DNA of 63,954 nt, filler included, from Sphacelaria rigidula (GCA_964200075.2; 4 parts of 4 records of this genome joined end to end with filler, not necessarily neighbours in it); one strand, 5' to 3'. Positions 48,462 to 62,618 are shown, counted from the first letter of the whole stretch. Notes: generated by a model not told the origin, from the letters alone. Numbers and translations: made by a program.

Positions 48462-51400
48462 CTGGTGTGATGATGGCGTCTCCCTTGCCGGTAATGAGCC
48501 TCCCGACGGGGCGGGTCGCCGTTGAATTCGCTGCCGCACCGCTACGCGCAGTTGTCTCCGGCGGCGCTGTGAGCGCCTACAAGGCGACAAAATTGTGCAC
48601 AATCATGCATGTTCAAGACGACAGGGGGTCCGCATAAAATGAACATATGAAAAAAAAAAAAGGAAGAGGAGAATGTTGCATTTTTCGATAGATCACCTCG
48701 AACCCTGCAATATTTGTCTCTTTCCCCCATTTTACGCACGTCATACGGGGCACCCATTCTCATCACCAAAAAAGGTACCCGTCCATGGCGACCACGGTCA
48801 GCGTTTGTATCTTGCAAATTCAATCGCAGCAGCAACACCAGCCGGGGAGCTAGATTCTTCTTCCTGGTGCCGGGTAGATCGACACAATGTGTAGCACACG
48901 CCGTAGACTGTTTACACAACCTGGACAACATATGGTCAATAAATAAAATAGACAAACAATGTAATGGGTAGAGTATAGGCCTATTGCATCTAGTGACGAC
49001 CGACAATAATTGCAATAGGCCCATACTTTACCCAGTAATGTTTTCGTTTATTGCATCCATTGGTCATATATTGTCCAGGGTGTATTTACTACAACACACT
49101 GACCTCGGAATGTTCCATTGCTGTTTCCTGTAGAAACTGGCAAAGGTGGTTTGGTCCAAGGTCGGTCTAGGTTATTGCTGGGTATCCATTTACCCCAGAA
49201 TACCCGATACTACCGCCAATCCCACACACATCGAGTACCCCATAACACTCGGTATTTCCGGCAGTCGACATCTCGGGTACCCCCGAAATACCCCGTACTT
49301 CGGGCACTGGATATCTTGAGTACCCGAAAAGACTTGGTACTTCTCGCAGTCAACACACTCCAGGTACTCTGCAGTACTTTGTACTTCCGGCCTTTTACAC
49401 AATTTACGCACCCAAAAATATTCGGTACTTCCGGTGATCCGTCCACATCCAGGTACCCTGGATTACTCCGTGCTTGCCGCAGCCCGTACACCCCAGATAT
49501 CTTGAAGTACTTGGTAATTCCGGCAGACCACATCTCGGGTACAATGAGACACTCAGTGATTTCGACATTCGCAACCCGGGTACCCTGGAAAAAGTCGATA
49601 CTTTCCGCAGTCCACACACCTCGAGTACCTACCCGGAGATACTCGGTGCCTGCGCGCACGTCCCAAGCTCCTTGAAGTACTCAGAACTTCCGGCAGTTCG
49701 CACACCCAAGGTATACCCTAACATAAGTGGTGCCTTCGGCAGTCCACAACTCCAAATACCAAGGAGTACTTAGTGCTGGCGGATGTCCGCACATCCCGTA
49801 ACATCGGAATACTCGGTATTTCCGAGAGCCCACACATCCCAGGTACCTTGCAGAACTTTGTACTTCCGGCGGTCAGTGTACTCCAGGTACCCCGGAATAC
49901 TCGGTACTTTCAGCAGTCCGAACAAAGTACAGGTACCCGTAACTACTTCATATTTCAGGCATTGGATACCGCGGGTACCCTGAGACACATGGTAATTCTC
50001 ACAGTCTACACACCCGAGGTGCCCGGGAGTGCTTCGTACTTCCGGCAGTCCATGAACCCGTGGAAGACCCAGTACTGCAACTACCCTGAAAATCCAGGGT
50101 GCTCAGGGTTTGGTACCTCACGCTAGTTACCTTTGGAGCCGTGAACAGAACGGTGGAATATGAAGGTCAGTAACAACAAAAAGATGGACTGGGAAAAAAA
50201 CAAAGGGAAAAGAGTCGTGCGAAGTAACCACAAAAGTGACCCGAGGTTCAGTTTAGCACTTTTGTGTGAAACATGAAAACAGAACAAAATCAAATGCGTC
50301 AGTACGACGCAATAAAATAAAAAAATCCTAGTTAATTGCGATAAGTGACGCACGGGGTATTTACTTTCGCCGAAAAAGTTGAGAAAACACCGTGTTGATC
50401 TTTCGCATCAGGCTCTCCCCACTCGAGCTCGAACCCAGTCTCGTGCGCGAGATGTTCAATATTCCACACATGAGGAATACTGGTGAGTAATTTCTGGTCG
50501 CGACGTACTTCAACTTTTCCCCACCCATTCCTCGGGACTAGTCCGTGGTCTCGAGGGATCGATGCATCTTTCCCCGAGTACCCGCCGAGCATTTTGTTAT
50601 CGAGGATTGGGTCAGCGATCCCGGACCGCGTCGATCCCGGCGGACTTGTAGAAGCCTGTCAACTTCGGAGAATAAAGCTCTTGGCTAATTGAATGATTCC
50701 GCCGTGACTAAATTCGCCGTCGTCAGGTGACGTCTGCACAAAAACCTAGACAGCTATCCCTGATACCTGGTCGAGTTGTTCCTTGCTGCTTGCATCCCCG
50801 CGCTTCCGACCACGGGAACGACATTTTACTGAAAAAGTTCACACACATATATATATATAGTTGGAAGTATCGGGATTCGAACCTGTAAGTTGCCTAATCT
50901 CTTTTCTTTTTTTTCGATTCTCACTCGACTGTATATGTTTCCTCTCTCCTCTCTGTTCCATCGCTCCCCCCTCAATCGTGTCCCCGGCGAGCGTTCCATA
51001 TGTTTACCTTGGGTACGTCCATCTTATGCACCATGACCACCCCTGGGTTTGTAGCACATCAATTACTAATATGTGACAATGAATCAATCAATCGACCGAT
51101 TAACCTTCCGCCGTCACTATCTACTGGTGTACCACTGTAGGCCACCGGGGCGCGGTGGATACAAGACGGGGAGAAGCGCTGTTTTCGCGAGATTGAGATT
51201 ACTGCGTTGCTTGAGCGTGAGTTTTAATATTGGCTCCAACTCGACCATTTTTTCATTTGCGTGTGCGTTTTTTTCTTTGTCTGTAACACTATCGTATGCG
51301 TACATATATACACGTCGATATCCTACTCATGAATATCAAAGGCTTCAGTGGCGAGCTACTACAGAGAGCGTATATGAGGCTCGGAGGGGCATTTCGGAAC

Positions 51401-54400
51401 TGAAACTATTTCATTCATTAATTAAACGCTTCTCACTCTCAATCGTATCCTGGACTCTCAATCTCACGAGAACATTATTTTGATCGTTCTGCAGTATGCA
51501 GAGGACCGAACCATCCTTCCGCGAAAACATCATCGGTACAATCGCTTTGTGCGGAGTGGGAGAACCTCGACTCCGCGCAATGGGGATAATCGTACTACGT
51601 AGCGCTGAAACGGTGAGACGCCCATGAGACACTGCATGTCATTCGTGGCTATCTCAGGAAGTGGCGATACCAAAAAATGAAGCAACTCACTGGAGGCTGT
51701 CAACCAAATGCAAGAAAATCAGTACGCTTCGGTACGAACAATCTTGGCAGCATGCAGCTCAAGCTTCATGCGACTCGCTCAACATATCACGGCGCTTTGC
51801 GCTTGGTGATTGATTGCGAGCCTGGTCCGTCAAAAACCCGGCGTGCTCTGTCCCGGCTTTTTAGGGATGCGAGGCCAATGGTCCAATGACAACGCCATGT
51901 AGAATCATGACTTCACCCCCATGTGGTCAAAAAATTGTTGCGAGATACGGTAGAATCCGGCCTCGATATGGCACAAAGTTAAAATGGACAATAATGAACT
52001 TGATCATTTTGGCAAAAAACGTTTTGATGCCATCTATTGCCATCATCCAGGGTATGGAAACTACCACACCATGGACGATGACCATAGATGACATTGTCGA
52101 AAAAGTGTACTGCGTACAGTATATGGAATCTATTATCTATTGCAGCAGACGCAGTAATCGATACTGTGCGCAGTACACTTTTTGACGATGCAATCTACTG
52201 TAATAACCCATGGTGTGAAAACTACACTCGACGAAGTTTAGCGGGCCGCAACAGTGGTGAGAAAATCCGAGGCATGTACTTCAGTTTCGTACAACTAATT
52301 CATTCACTGGTTGATCGACCGATTGATTCTCGTATACTAACTGATCTAACGCGCGAGCGGAGGCCGACAAGCACGAACACTGAGCACTGACTGCGAAGGA
52401 GAGAAAAAAGAAGAGAGCAGTGCTCTCCGCTAGTCGGTGATAAAGGTCAGGGTTACTCCTAGGGTTGCGGGTTTAAACCCCGACGGATACGGTCTTCGCT
52501 GAATCTGGTCCCCGTTGTTGAAAAAACGCACACCATGGAGATCAGACGAACGACAAAAGTTGCACTTTTTAGAAAAACAGTGTACTGCACAATGTACCCG
52601 ATACGTTATGCGGTACACTTCTTCCTAGCGCAACTATCGACGATCCATCGTCCAGGGTGAAAGAATGTGAGGGAATGAGGTGACATAGAACATTCGAGTA
52701 GAGTCGACGCGGTGCGGGATGTGCTGCTCCAGTCCTCGATACTAAACCACAATGTCAGGCAGATATCGTAACTGGATCGAGGAAAAGAGTGACGGTCTGA
52801 TTGAATTCGCGAGGCAACTGCGAACTAGTCCCGAAAAAATGAGAGAGGTTGGAATGAAAAATATGACAGGGGGGGGGTGGCGGGGGGGACGTACTCATTT
52901 GTTGCTTGCCTTTGTCATTTGACCATTGACCACGCAACCCTTTCGAGACGGAGCACCGTTCCTACTCCTGATAAAGACACCTCCAACATTCCGGCGCTCA
53001 TTACGTTTCTTCCATGCGTTACAAAAAAACCTTTTACATGTCTTATCCCCGTCCTGTTTCGCCGCCTGTGGCTACCATCTATCTCCTAGTATAACCATCG
53101 TTTTCTCGCTACTGTCGACTGCATCAAACGATTTCACCCCACCTTCATTAATGCCGCATGGGGGGGGCAAAAGAAGGGGAAAAAAAAACACAGTCAGTAC
53201 AAAAATGCCGTTCGCTGTGAAGTGTTGGAACGACTCAAAACATCCCACTGCCGTACCCCTCGCTACCTCCCAACAACGAACTACCACAAAGGTGAACGGC
53301 GCAAAAAAGCCAACACTACCTTCGTCAGTACGTCCTCGCGGTAGCTAGAGCAGCTCACGACATTCCCGATGAACGTCATGCATTGAATAACGACCGGTCC
53401 GTACGGGAACGCCAGCCCTCCAGCGAGCGTCGAGCTCCCTTCCCCCTCCTGGTGCTGCGACGACGCGCTATTCTCTGCTCCCTCACCTCCCGGCATTACC
53501 GGGGGTAGAGGGGCCTGCGCCGCGGAAGACAGCTGTTCGTGGAAAAAAGGAAGGTACGCTCCAAGGTACCTTAGAGATATCGTCACGGCAGAATACGGCA
53601 GCATCATGTACAGGCGGAGGAGCAGAAGTGCGTGCGCGTATATAAAAGTGTGTTGAAAAGGATTCAAGGGTATAGTCCGAGTAGGGTACCACCGGCACGG
53701 CTGAATGATTCGGCGGTTCCTGGAACGAATACCATTTACGTCATTTTTGTTTTCAAGGGGATCACAGATACCCTTAAATATCTGGTTTTGTGTTTTTGAC
53801 GGTCGATACATTCGCCTGGGTGCCCGTGGATTGCTGAGTTTTTTCGACAGTCGATATCCCGGGTGTCCAAAATTACCCAGTATAAGCCCTATCTCGTGTA
53901 GAACACATTGGGGGTGGCGGTACTCGTGATCTTGCATGTCGTAGTCATTGGATCATTGACCTCGCATCCCTACAAAGCCAGGACGGAGCACGTTGGGTTC
54001 TCGCCGGACCGGGCTCGCGATCAATCACCAAGCGCGAAGCGCCGTGACGTGTTCGGCGAGTCGCATGAATGGTTACCTACATCCTGGGAAGTGTGTGCGG
54101 CCCGAAGCGTACTGATTATCTTGCATATGGATGACAGCCTTCGATGAGTTGCTTCATTTTCTGGTATCGCCACTTCCAGAGGCAGTCACGGGTTCCACAT
54201 TGCCTCATGGGTGTCTCACAATTTAAACAGTACGTAGTATGATCATCCCATGTGCGCGGAGTTGAGTCCCCCACCTAATATGATCGAGCTCGACCACCAT
54301 CATGGCTTCCGCAAAGAAAGCGGTAACCTGGTTGCCTAGCTTACGCCGTGCGTGAGGTGGAGGTGGGGATGGCGAGCGCTATCATTACTGAGGGAGGCAT

Positions 54401-57400
54401 GGAATGGCTTCTCATGGGAAAATGTAAGATACGTATGCCCCCCCGCCTCGCCCCCCCACCAAATCAACAACTCAAGACACTGTGTAGCAGCTCACACACA
54501 AAAGTTATGACCGGGTGAAATTGACAGTTCCTTTAGCGCACCCGATACTGATTCCCGTGGCTTAAAACGCCCAACCTTCCTGCGCTTGTTGGCGTTATTG
54601 CGACCTCTACTACACTTTTCAAGGTTGAATAACATATATACAAGGTTCCCCTTCGGGAGGTTGGTACGGGCCTCCCGGGGGTTACGAATGTCGAAAATAT
54701 ATTGTCAAGAGAGGCTGTTGTATCTCAATGTACAGTATAGTGATTGTGGCTGTACAAAACATCGCATGTGCTATCGGATGTCGTTCGGAAATATAGAAAT
54801 TCGGACGGAGGCCGACGGCAGAACCGCCGGCGTAGGACGTGTGTGGTATTCCCGAGGTGTCAGAGTGCGAAGTAGCTCTCGTGCCACGAAGACATGACAG
54901 CGGGAGGAACTTCCCGGAAAATTGAAATGCGTGGAATATTCTTGGCATGTTCTTCGTACATCACTGTGGCTTTCACATCACCGGGCCTTTTTTCAAAACA
55001 GGGTGATTGTTTTTGCGGCAAAACATTCCTGTGCTGCCGTGCTGCTGTGCCTTGTTCGACTCGCCAACGGCACATTACGCGGTCTTATGTTTGATGCTGA
55101 CTAAGGCAGAGGCAATCTTCAATTGTTTTCACCTGATTCGCTCTCACGCTCTCGTGGCATTGACGGCATAACCTGTGTGTTCGTGCTCACAACTGAAGAA
55201 GAACGCGACAGAGAGAAACACGAGGAAACAGTACCCTGCCAGAAGGAATCCTGTTTGAAGACTTCCATGATCTTCAAAAGGCTTTTTCGTGGTTCCAGGT
55301 CCTGTCTCAAGTTTTCCATTATGTTGAAAAGGCTTTTGTGCTTCGGGATCGACACCCCGCAAAAAAAGGCCAGTTCGAGCGACTTTCGGTGGCCAGAACA
55401 CGCGCCACAGGTATCGGAACACCCAGACCTGGACGGTAGTGTACCACTGAGCCTTCCTAGTGCACTGCTAAAGAAAACGCGGGAAAATATGCCTTGCCGC
55501 CAGAAAAAAATCGGCAAAAGAGGTGAAAAATGTGAAATGATACATGTGTATAGATATATAGATATATATACACATGTGTGTATACCTAGTGCCTACCGAA
55601 GAGGTTGGTGAGACCGCGGGTGGCGACTTCATAAAGGGCGGTGGAGCATTTTAGGAGGAGGGCCAAGTATTATAAACCCTGTTATCGCACACAAGGTGTG
55701 TGCGTTATGTTGCCGTTCCATCTATTTCGCGAGGAGGGCTTAGCGGTCCCTTTCCCTCGTCGACCGTGATGTTGAATTTGATGTACCCACGACATAGTCG
55801 CTCTCCGGGTGCCACCCCCTGAGGTCTGAATGGCCACCAGCGGCACCGAATCTTCTGCGGTTAGCCATATGTATTATCTTTCTTCTATTTTATTATTTAT
55901 CCCTGCTTTGCTTGAATCGCGTTTTGTGAGTCTTAATCTAGGTCTATTTTGTTTTTTTTCTTTGTTTGATTTCCTCATACCTCATGAGAGGTAGTTAGCC
56001 CGTGACCACGGAAGGCGTCCGCATCAGATGCCCAGTACGAATGTACCGCGCAGATATCGGAACGATTTGTAATGTGAAGACAACAACAACAACAACAACA
56101 ACAACAACGACGACGACGACGACAATAATAACTGTTATGCATGATTTGATTGATTGATGGATTGATTGTCGCACTTGAACCCTTAGACCGCGAGGTCAGT
56201 CTTCTGTTGAATCGGCATCAATTTCAAGTGAGAAGAAGTAATCTCGCGGTCCAAGGGTTAACTGATCCCCAATGTAGTCATGATCCAGCCCAAGAATAGC
56301 GGAACTGAAACACTCGCTGAAGAAAATGAATGATTTGAGGGGGGAAAACTCAGCTCGTGTGACTTTACCGAGATTCGAACCCACGTCCCAACCGTCAGAA
56401 GGTTTCGAGGTGACCAACTGAGTCACCGGGGTACAGAGTAAATGCGATACAGCGGTGATTCTTGTACTTGTTTTGCTGCACTACTGCAATGTTCCGAACG
56501 ACAGTTGGACATTACACCAATACAACATTCGTTCAAGTATGATATCCAGGTTACCGATATGATCTACTCCGGAATATATCGGCGCAGCCGATATGTCGAT
56601 ATTATCGTAATATATCGACCAGGTTATATGGTGATTGCAACCTTGGGCGCTAGGTGAGTGCCGGACGCACAAACCGCGAGGGCGGAACGTAGCGAACGCG
56701 CGCCCCCGACTGGTGGGGACTAGCTGGAAGAGGGGGACTGCGCAGCCGGAGGCAGAAAAATTACGCCGTGTGGCTTGATCTCCCTTCGAAATTAAAGTCA
56801 GGTCCAGTATGCTTGGCAAACAGTGGTACTGAAAAACGCGCAGAATACGTTCAGCGTGAAAAAAATAGAGGAAAAAACACTCTTCATAGCATTAAAAAAA
56901 CAGAGTAAAAAACACTTTATACAGCTTGAAAAAAACAGAGGAAAAAAACACTTTTAATACGAGTAGCATGAAAGGAAATGGAGGGGAAAACGCTTCTACG
57001 GCATAAAGAACAGAGGGGAAAACAATTCAGCAATGAAAAAACTCGACGAGCACACAGGGATATAGACACACACACGCACATAGACACACCACACGAGAAA
57101 GTCATAGTGAGGCTCCGGTAAAGGTTCGAACAACCGGCCAAACCTAACACTTTATACGCACGCACACAGTTGATTTGGAGAACTTGTTTCGTTTTGTTTG
57201 GAATAATAGCACATGTATCTTTGGAACCGGCGACGACCAACGGCCGACGTATCGATGCCCAAGTGACCAATACGGTGAGATCCATCCGGTCCAATATGTC
57301 GGAGTACATTGATACCGATATGCATCCCTAATGGTCTCAAAAGCCTCCCGCATAAACTTTACCATGACTCATTCCCCTATTCCACCCCTGCCCCACAAGA

Positions 57401-60400
57401 CTGATCCGTTTCACTAGGCTTCGTATCAACTCCGTACCCTGTAAAGGAGTAATACACCACTTCCCCCTGTACAGTACAGTACAGCACTCGAAGTATAGTA
57501 CCGCCGTGGTGTCAGAGAAAGCGGAAGAGTCATAACCCGTGGCTGTTATTCCAGGGGTGGTACTCTTCGTACCGGTGGCGCAGACCATCGTCTAGAGACA
57601 TGTTTACACGAGTTCGTCGCCGAAGTTCATGATTGACACATACTTGGTTCTTGTTGAACACTAACCTTAACCCTAATTCTGACCCAAGGCATACCGAGAA
57701 ACCTCAGGAAAGGGGGTGCTCTACACCCAGTGTGTGGTAGCAGATCTCAAATCGACATCGATTTGAGCAAAAACGGGTCCTGCGTGCGCTGCCAAGAACC
57801 TAGGCCTGCCAGCCCCTAAAAGATACGAGTATAATAAATAGTCAACACTGAAACCAAGTTTTTTCAACCACGAATATTAGCGACCGCACCACGTAAACTC
57901 GATCATATTCGGATCTTCCCGGAGGTACCTGAAGTACTTACTCTACCGGGGTGGGTTTGCCATCCTCCAAGATAGATGACGTATCGTGCCCCAAAAGCCA
58001 TCACATGCTGATGGGATACCACCGTAGTCTGCGGCATGATCCGACACAATGACTGGGTGCCGCACACGCTGCGTCCGTGCTCTGGTTCGTTGGGTCTTCA
58101 AACTCGTAGTCGTATTATGGAGAACAATCAGTGCTTGCTCGCTCGGAAGTCTCCTATGCGGACCAAGTTAGTCATGACGCAGTGTACTTCGAAATGGAGG
58201 GAAACACCTTCCGTAGAAGCACTTCAGGGAACCGACATTGCGGACCCCAAGGAACATCAGGGGGCGTACTCATTTGTTGCTTGCCTTTGCCGTTAGACCA
58301 TTGACCACGCATCCCTTTCGAGACGGAGCACCGGGGCGGCTATCTCCACCCTACAGCAGATCTCCATTCCAACGGCGCAATTGCTCAACGAAATAGATCA
58401 CTGATAACCCTGACTGCGGATGTAGTCATGATTCTGCGTGCCGTAGTCACTGGGCCGTTGACCTCGCATCTCTACAAAGCCGGAACGGAGAACGCTGGGT
58501 TTCCGCCGGACCAGGCTCGCAAGCAATCACCAAGCGCGAAGCGCCGTCATGTGTCCGGCTAGCCGCATGAAGGGTGAGCTGCATGCAGCCTGCCAAGTTT
58601 GTTCGGCCCGAACCCTACAGATCATCTTGCATATGGATGATCTCGAATGGATTGCTTCATTTTTTGGTATCACCTCTTCCACAGACAACCACAAATTATA
58701 CTACCTCATGGGTATCTCACCATCAAACACCGCGTGGCACGATCATCCCCCTTCGTTTTCAACACGTGATACGATCATCCCCTGTACGCGGAGTTGAGGT
58801 TCTCTACCCTGCCCAAATATGATGCAACTCGACCACCACCATGGTTACCACGAGCAAAAACACAAGGACAAAAAAGACGGTAACCTGGTTGCCTAGCTCA
58901 TGGAGTGAAAACCGTGTTTTACAGCACAAAAATATTTACCTTGCGAATCCTATGGGATGGGCCTTCTGAACATCCACCACAGTCTCTGCCATTATCTCCC
59001 ACAGTTCCTGTAGCTCCCCGATCACCTTCCCGATCTAATACTCAGGCCAGCATCAGAAGGACAAAGAAGACAAAGCATTGACAGAACAAGGTGACACGAA
59101 GAGATAAGCTGACATGTGGTGTACATGGAGAAAAAAAGTCTGCTCTGAAAATTCCGGATTATGTACATTGGTCCGGTTCGACAGTATAATATTGATTGAT
59201 TGATGGGCTGTCACACCTCAACTTATCCCGCAGGAGTCATGATCCAGCCGTTGTCACATGCTGAACGTACCCGAGACAAAGGAAACAAGTTGAACACTCG
59301 CTGAAAAAGAGTCAATAGAACAGAAAAGGAAGAACAGACAAAACAGAGTAGACTTTACAATATACTTCAGTATATTGTAAGTTAATACGAAAATATACCA
59401 CAGAAGTGAGCGCTTGGTTCGTGCTGTATTGCGAGCTAGCTTCCCTGTATCGTCACGAACATTATGACTGCGTAATACCTCCTGCCAGCTGCTTATGGTG
59501 GAGAGTCAGATATTAATGTGACAAACATATATCGGCATGTTACGAAAATAAGAATATCGGTGGTGAGGCGCCTCTTGGTACCAGGTGAGGGCACATGTCC
59601 GATGATACGCACTTTGGTTCTTACGGCGGATCTCGACACCCCAAAAAAAGATCAAGGCGAAGAAAGCAAACACATCGCGACACTGACAGTACGACAATCA
59701 TACCGCGAGTACCCAGAGATGAAAGTGGTCACCAAACCACATGGAAACGAAGAAGACATTATAATATATACTACAGACGAACCGTTTAGTTTTTCGTTGA
59801 TCCTCGATTAAATGGTTATCACGCCGCCTCACCCGCGACGAATCATAATCCAGTCGCGCGTGCGCACAAGGTAGACATACAAATGGATGCTCGAGGTGAA
59901 AAACAAGACAGTAAAACTCGCCGAAAGAAACACGAGGGAAGGAGGGAAAATGCAAACGAGAACAAGAGGAGACGAACAGGATAAAAAGTAAACGGACGAT
60001 GAAAACAAAGGAAAGAATATATATATATATATATACAAGGTTCCCCTTCGGGAGGTTGGTACTGGCCACCCGGGGGTGACGCAAGTCGAAAACATAACAG
60101 TGCTATTCGTTTTTCATTTTATGCAAGCATTTGTATGGGAGAATATGTACCTTCCAGCAGATACTGTCACATTTCGCAGTTTCAGTTGTCTCAGACCAAG
60201 AGTGGTGGGAAGAGCGGTGGACACTTCTAGCATGAAGAGCATGAAGAGCTCGCTTCACGGGCGGTGTGCGGAGGTGGGAAAACACCATCACGCGCGAGAC
60301 CCGTCACAGCACACATCGCTAGGGAGTGGTACTGAAATAAGGTCGCGTCCCGATAGTACACGGCGAACTTGTGCAGGGTTCTCTAAATGCCGGCCCGACC

Positions 60401-62618
60401 CCGCGCGCACGGATTTCAAATCACACTTGTATACAGTATATATGTATGATGGTGCTTGTCGTCTGTGTACCACCCCTCGCTCTGTCACATGTAGTACAGC
60501 GGTCGGTGTTGCAGCCAAGTGTGCATTTGACCTAGGTGGCGCACGCAAGAGTAATAAGCCGCCTCCGCCGCTATCGTTCCTGTCTGTATCTTAAGCGGAT
60601 GGTAACACAGCCGCTATGGAGCGCAAGCCGGCTGTAACAATTCATACCGCGTGGAAATTTCTACCCTGCCTTGAAGTCATATTGCGGACAGTTCCCACTT
60701 TTGTACGAGTGTTATGCACGTCGCAGAAGTCAATAGCTTCTATACTGTGCACAGTACATGCTTTTAAATTGTATACTGACTGTAGAAAGCTCTTGTCTAG
60801 GGTGTGATACATTTCCTGCATATCAGGCGATGGGATCGTGAAATAATCCACAGCACATGGCCGAAGTGGAGGTGAGGCAATCACCAGAATATTCGCGTGC
60901 AAACCCTGTGTGGCCGTACTTTAAGTTGATGGCGCTAGAAGAATACCAATGCAACGCCCACTCTGCCTGCCAGCCTGTTTGCACGGCCCTCCCGGTAGTG
61001 ATGGGCCTGTCTGTACCGGGATGTCGCCCCCAGTGCCAGGTACGCCGGCAAGGGTCCGTGGCACTACTCACTGGTCGCGCGATAGGAGCTTAATCTTGGA
61101 CTGTCGAGATTTTTGAAGCGGAAATGTTCATCTCCCAACCCTCACATACATAGCGGACCATAAACGATGCTTGTTCGCTGGGTTTCTTCGAGCGTTTGTC
61201 CATAACTGGGCGAAGATTGATGATGAGGCCGGCAGGATCCATCGCAGCCTGCGTGCTAACTGTGACTGTACCCACTCTATCTAGCCGTCATCAGACAGCA
61301 ATGTGCTGAAAATATAAAATGTCACGCACCGTGGGTATCCACCGAATCAATGCACACTGGGACATCAGCGACTTCCCCCGCTGCAACTGTGACTGTGACC
61401 GCTTCCTCTAATACCAATCTACACATTCTTCAATGTTCTTCACCATGCTTTCGTGGATTGTTATGTTCGCATAATTGGGGCACACATTACGCAGATATGA
61501 CCGTGTTGAAGGCTTCACGTCAGAACTAAATGATGAGGGATCTCAGATCATTCGACTTGTGTTTGCTGCTGACTAAGTCGAGGCAACGTCCAGCTGTTTT
61601 CAACTGCTTCGCTCTCATGTTCTCGGGACATTCGCTGCATAACTGCTGTCTTCGTGTTCCCAAATCATCGAGAACGCAAAAAAAAAACCACGGTGAGAAA
61701 ATACCCCGCCATGAGCGGGCTATTGTGGTTCTTTTTTGAAGTTTTTCACAATCTTGGTGAGGCTTTTGTGGTTCGGGATCGACACCCCGCGAAAAAGAGC
61801 CAGTGTGGGCGACTTTCGATGGCCAGAACACGCGCCACAGGTATTAGATGACACCCAAGCCAAACGGTAATGTACCGCTGCGCCTTTTTCGTCCACTGCA
61901 AAGAAAAGCGCGGGATAAAACGCCTTGCCACCGGAGAAATCTCGGCAAAAGTGGTGAAAATTGTGAAATGATCCATGTACATATAAAATAGAGAACCACC
62001 AGGCTATAGGATCCTGACATCATAGTAAAACTAAGCTAAGAGTGCTGCATCACTCTGGAATCACGTCGTTTTCGACATCCTCGTATATCTTGACAACATA
62101 CTGGAACTAAGTAGAGAGATGCATTACACTGAAATCACGTGCTTTTCCACTTTGCAGTCGATAGTTCTGGGTGGGCAATATTAAGAACTGGAGACTAACT
62201 TGAGGCACGCGGCGGGGGGGGCAAGACCACAATTGACGGATACGGCCGCCACCACCCCTTGAAAATAAAATACATATAAACACGCAGCTATCAACGCTAG
62301 GTAAAACACATCATATGGTGTGTGAGTTTGGTGAGTTGTGCGCGATCGAGTTTCTTTTTGAGTAGTTCATACTGGCTGGAGAAAAAAAGTTTATCCGCAA
62401 TCACGTTCGACCAACAAGCGACTTTGGTGACATAACACCCGTGCAAATATTCATTCGGCATTTTATGCCTTTCCCAATTCTCCCAAAATCACGGGGGAGA
62501 GACGGCATGACTACATTTAAGGCACACCATTTTCATAACATCCACGGAAGGCGTCCACATCAGATACCCAGTACGGAGTACTGCGAAGATATCGGAACGG
62601 CTTTGAATGTGAAGACAA

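Noticed and set aside
49190-50120. CRISPR array
   Set aside because: There is no invariant repeat, the 'spacers' are mutually homologous, no cas genes are present, and the context is a eukaryotic intron.
60857-61275. hAT transposase (BED finger 'NPVWPYF' and dimerisation-like 'AGLII')
   Set aside because: The two weak motifs are on opposite strands and lack the remaining conserved residues.
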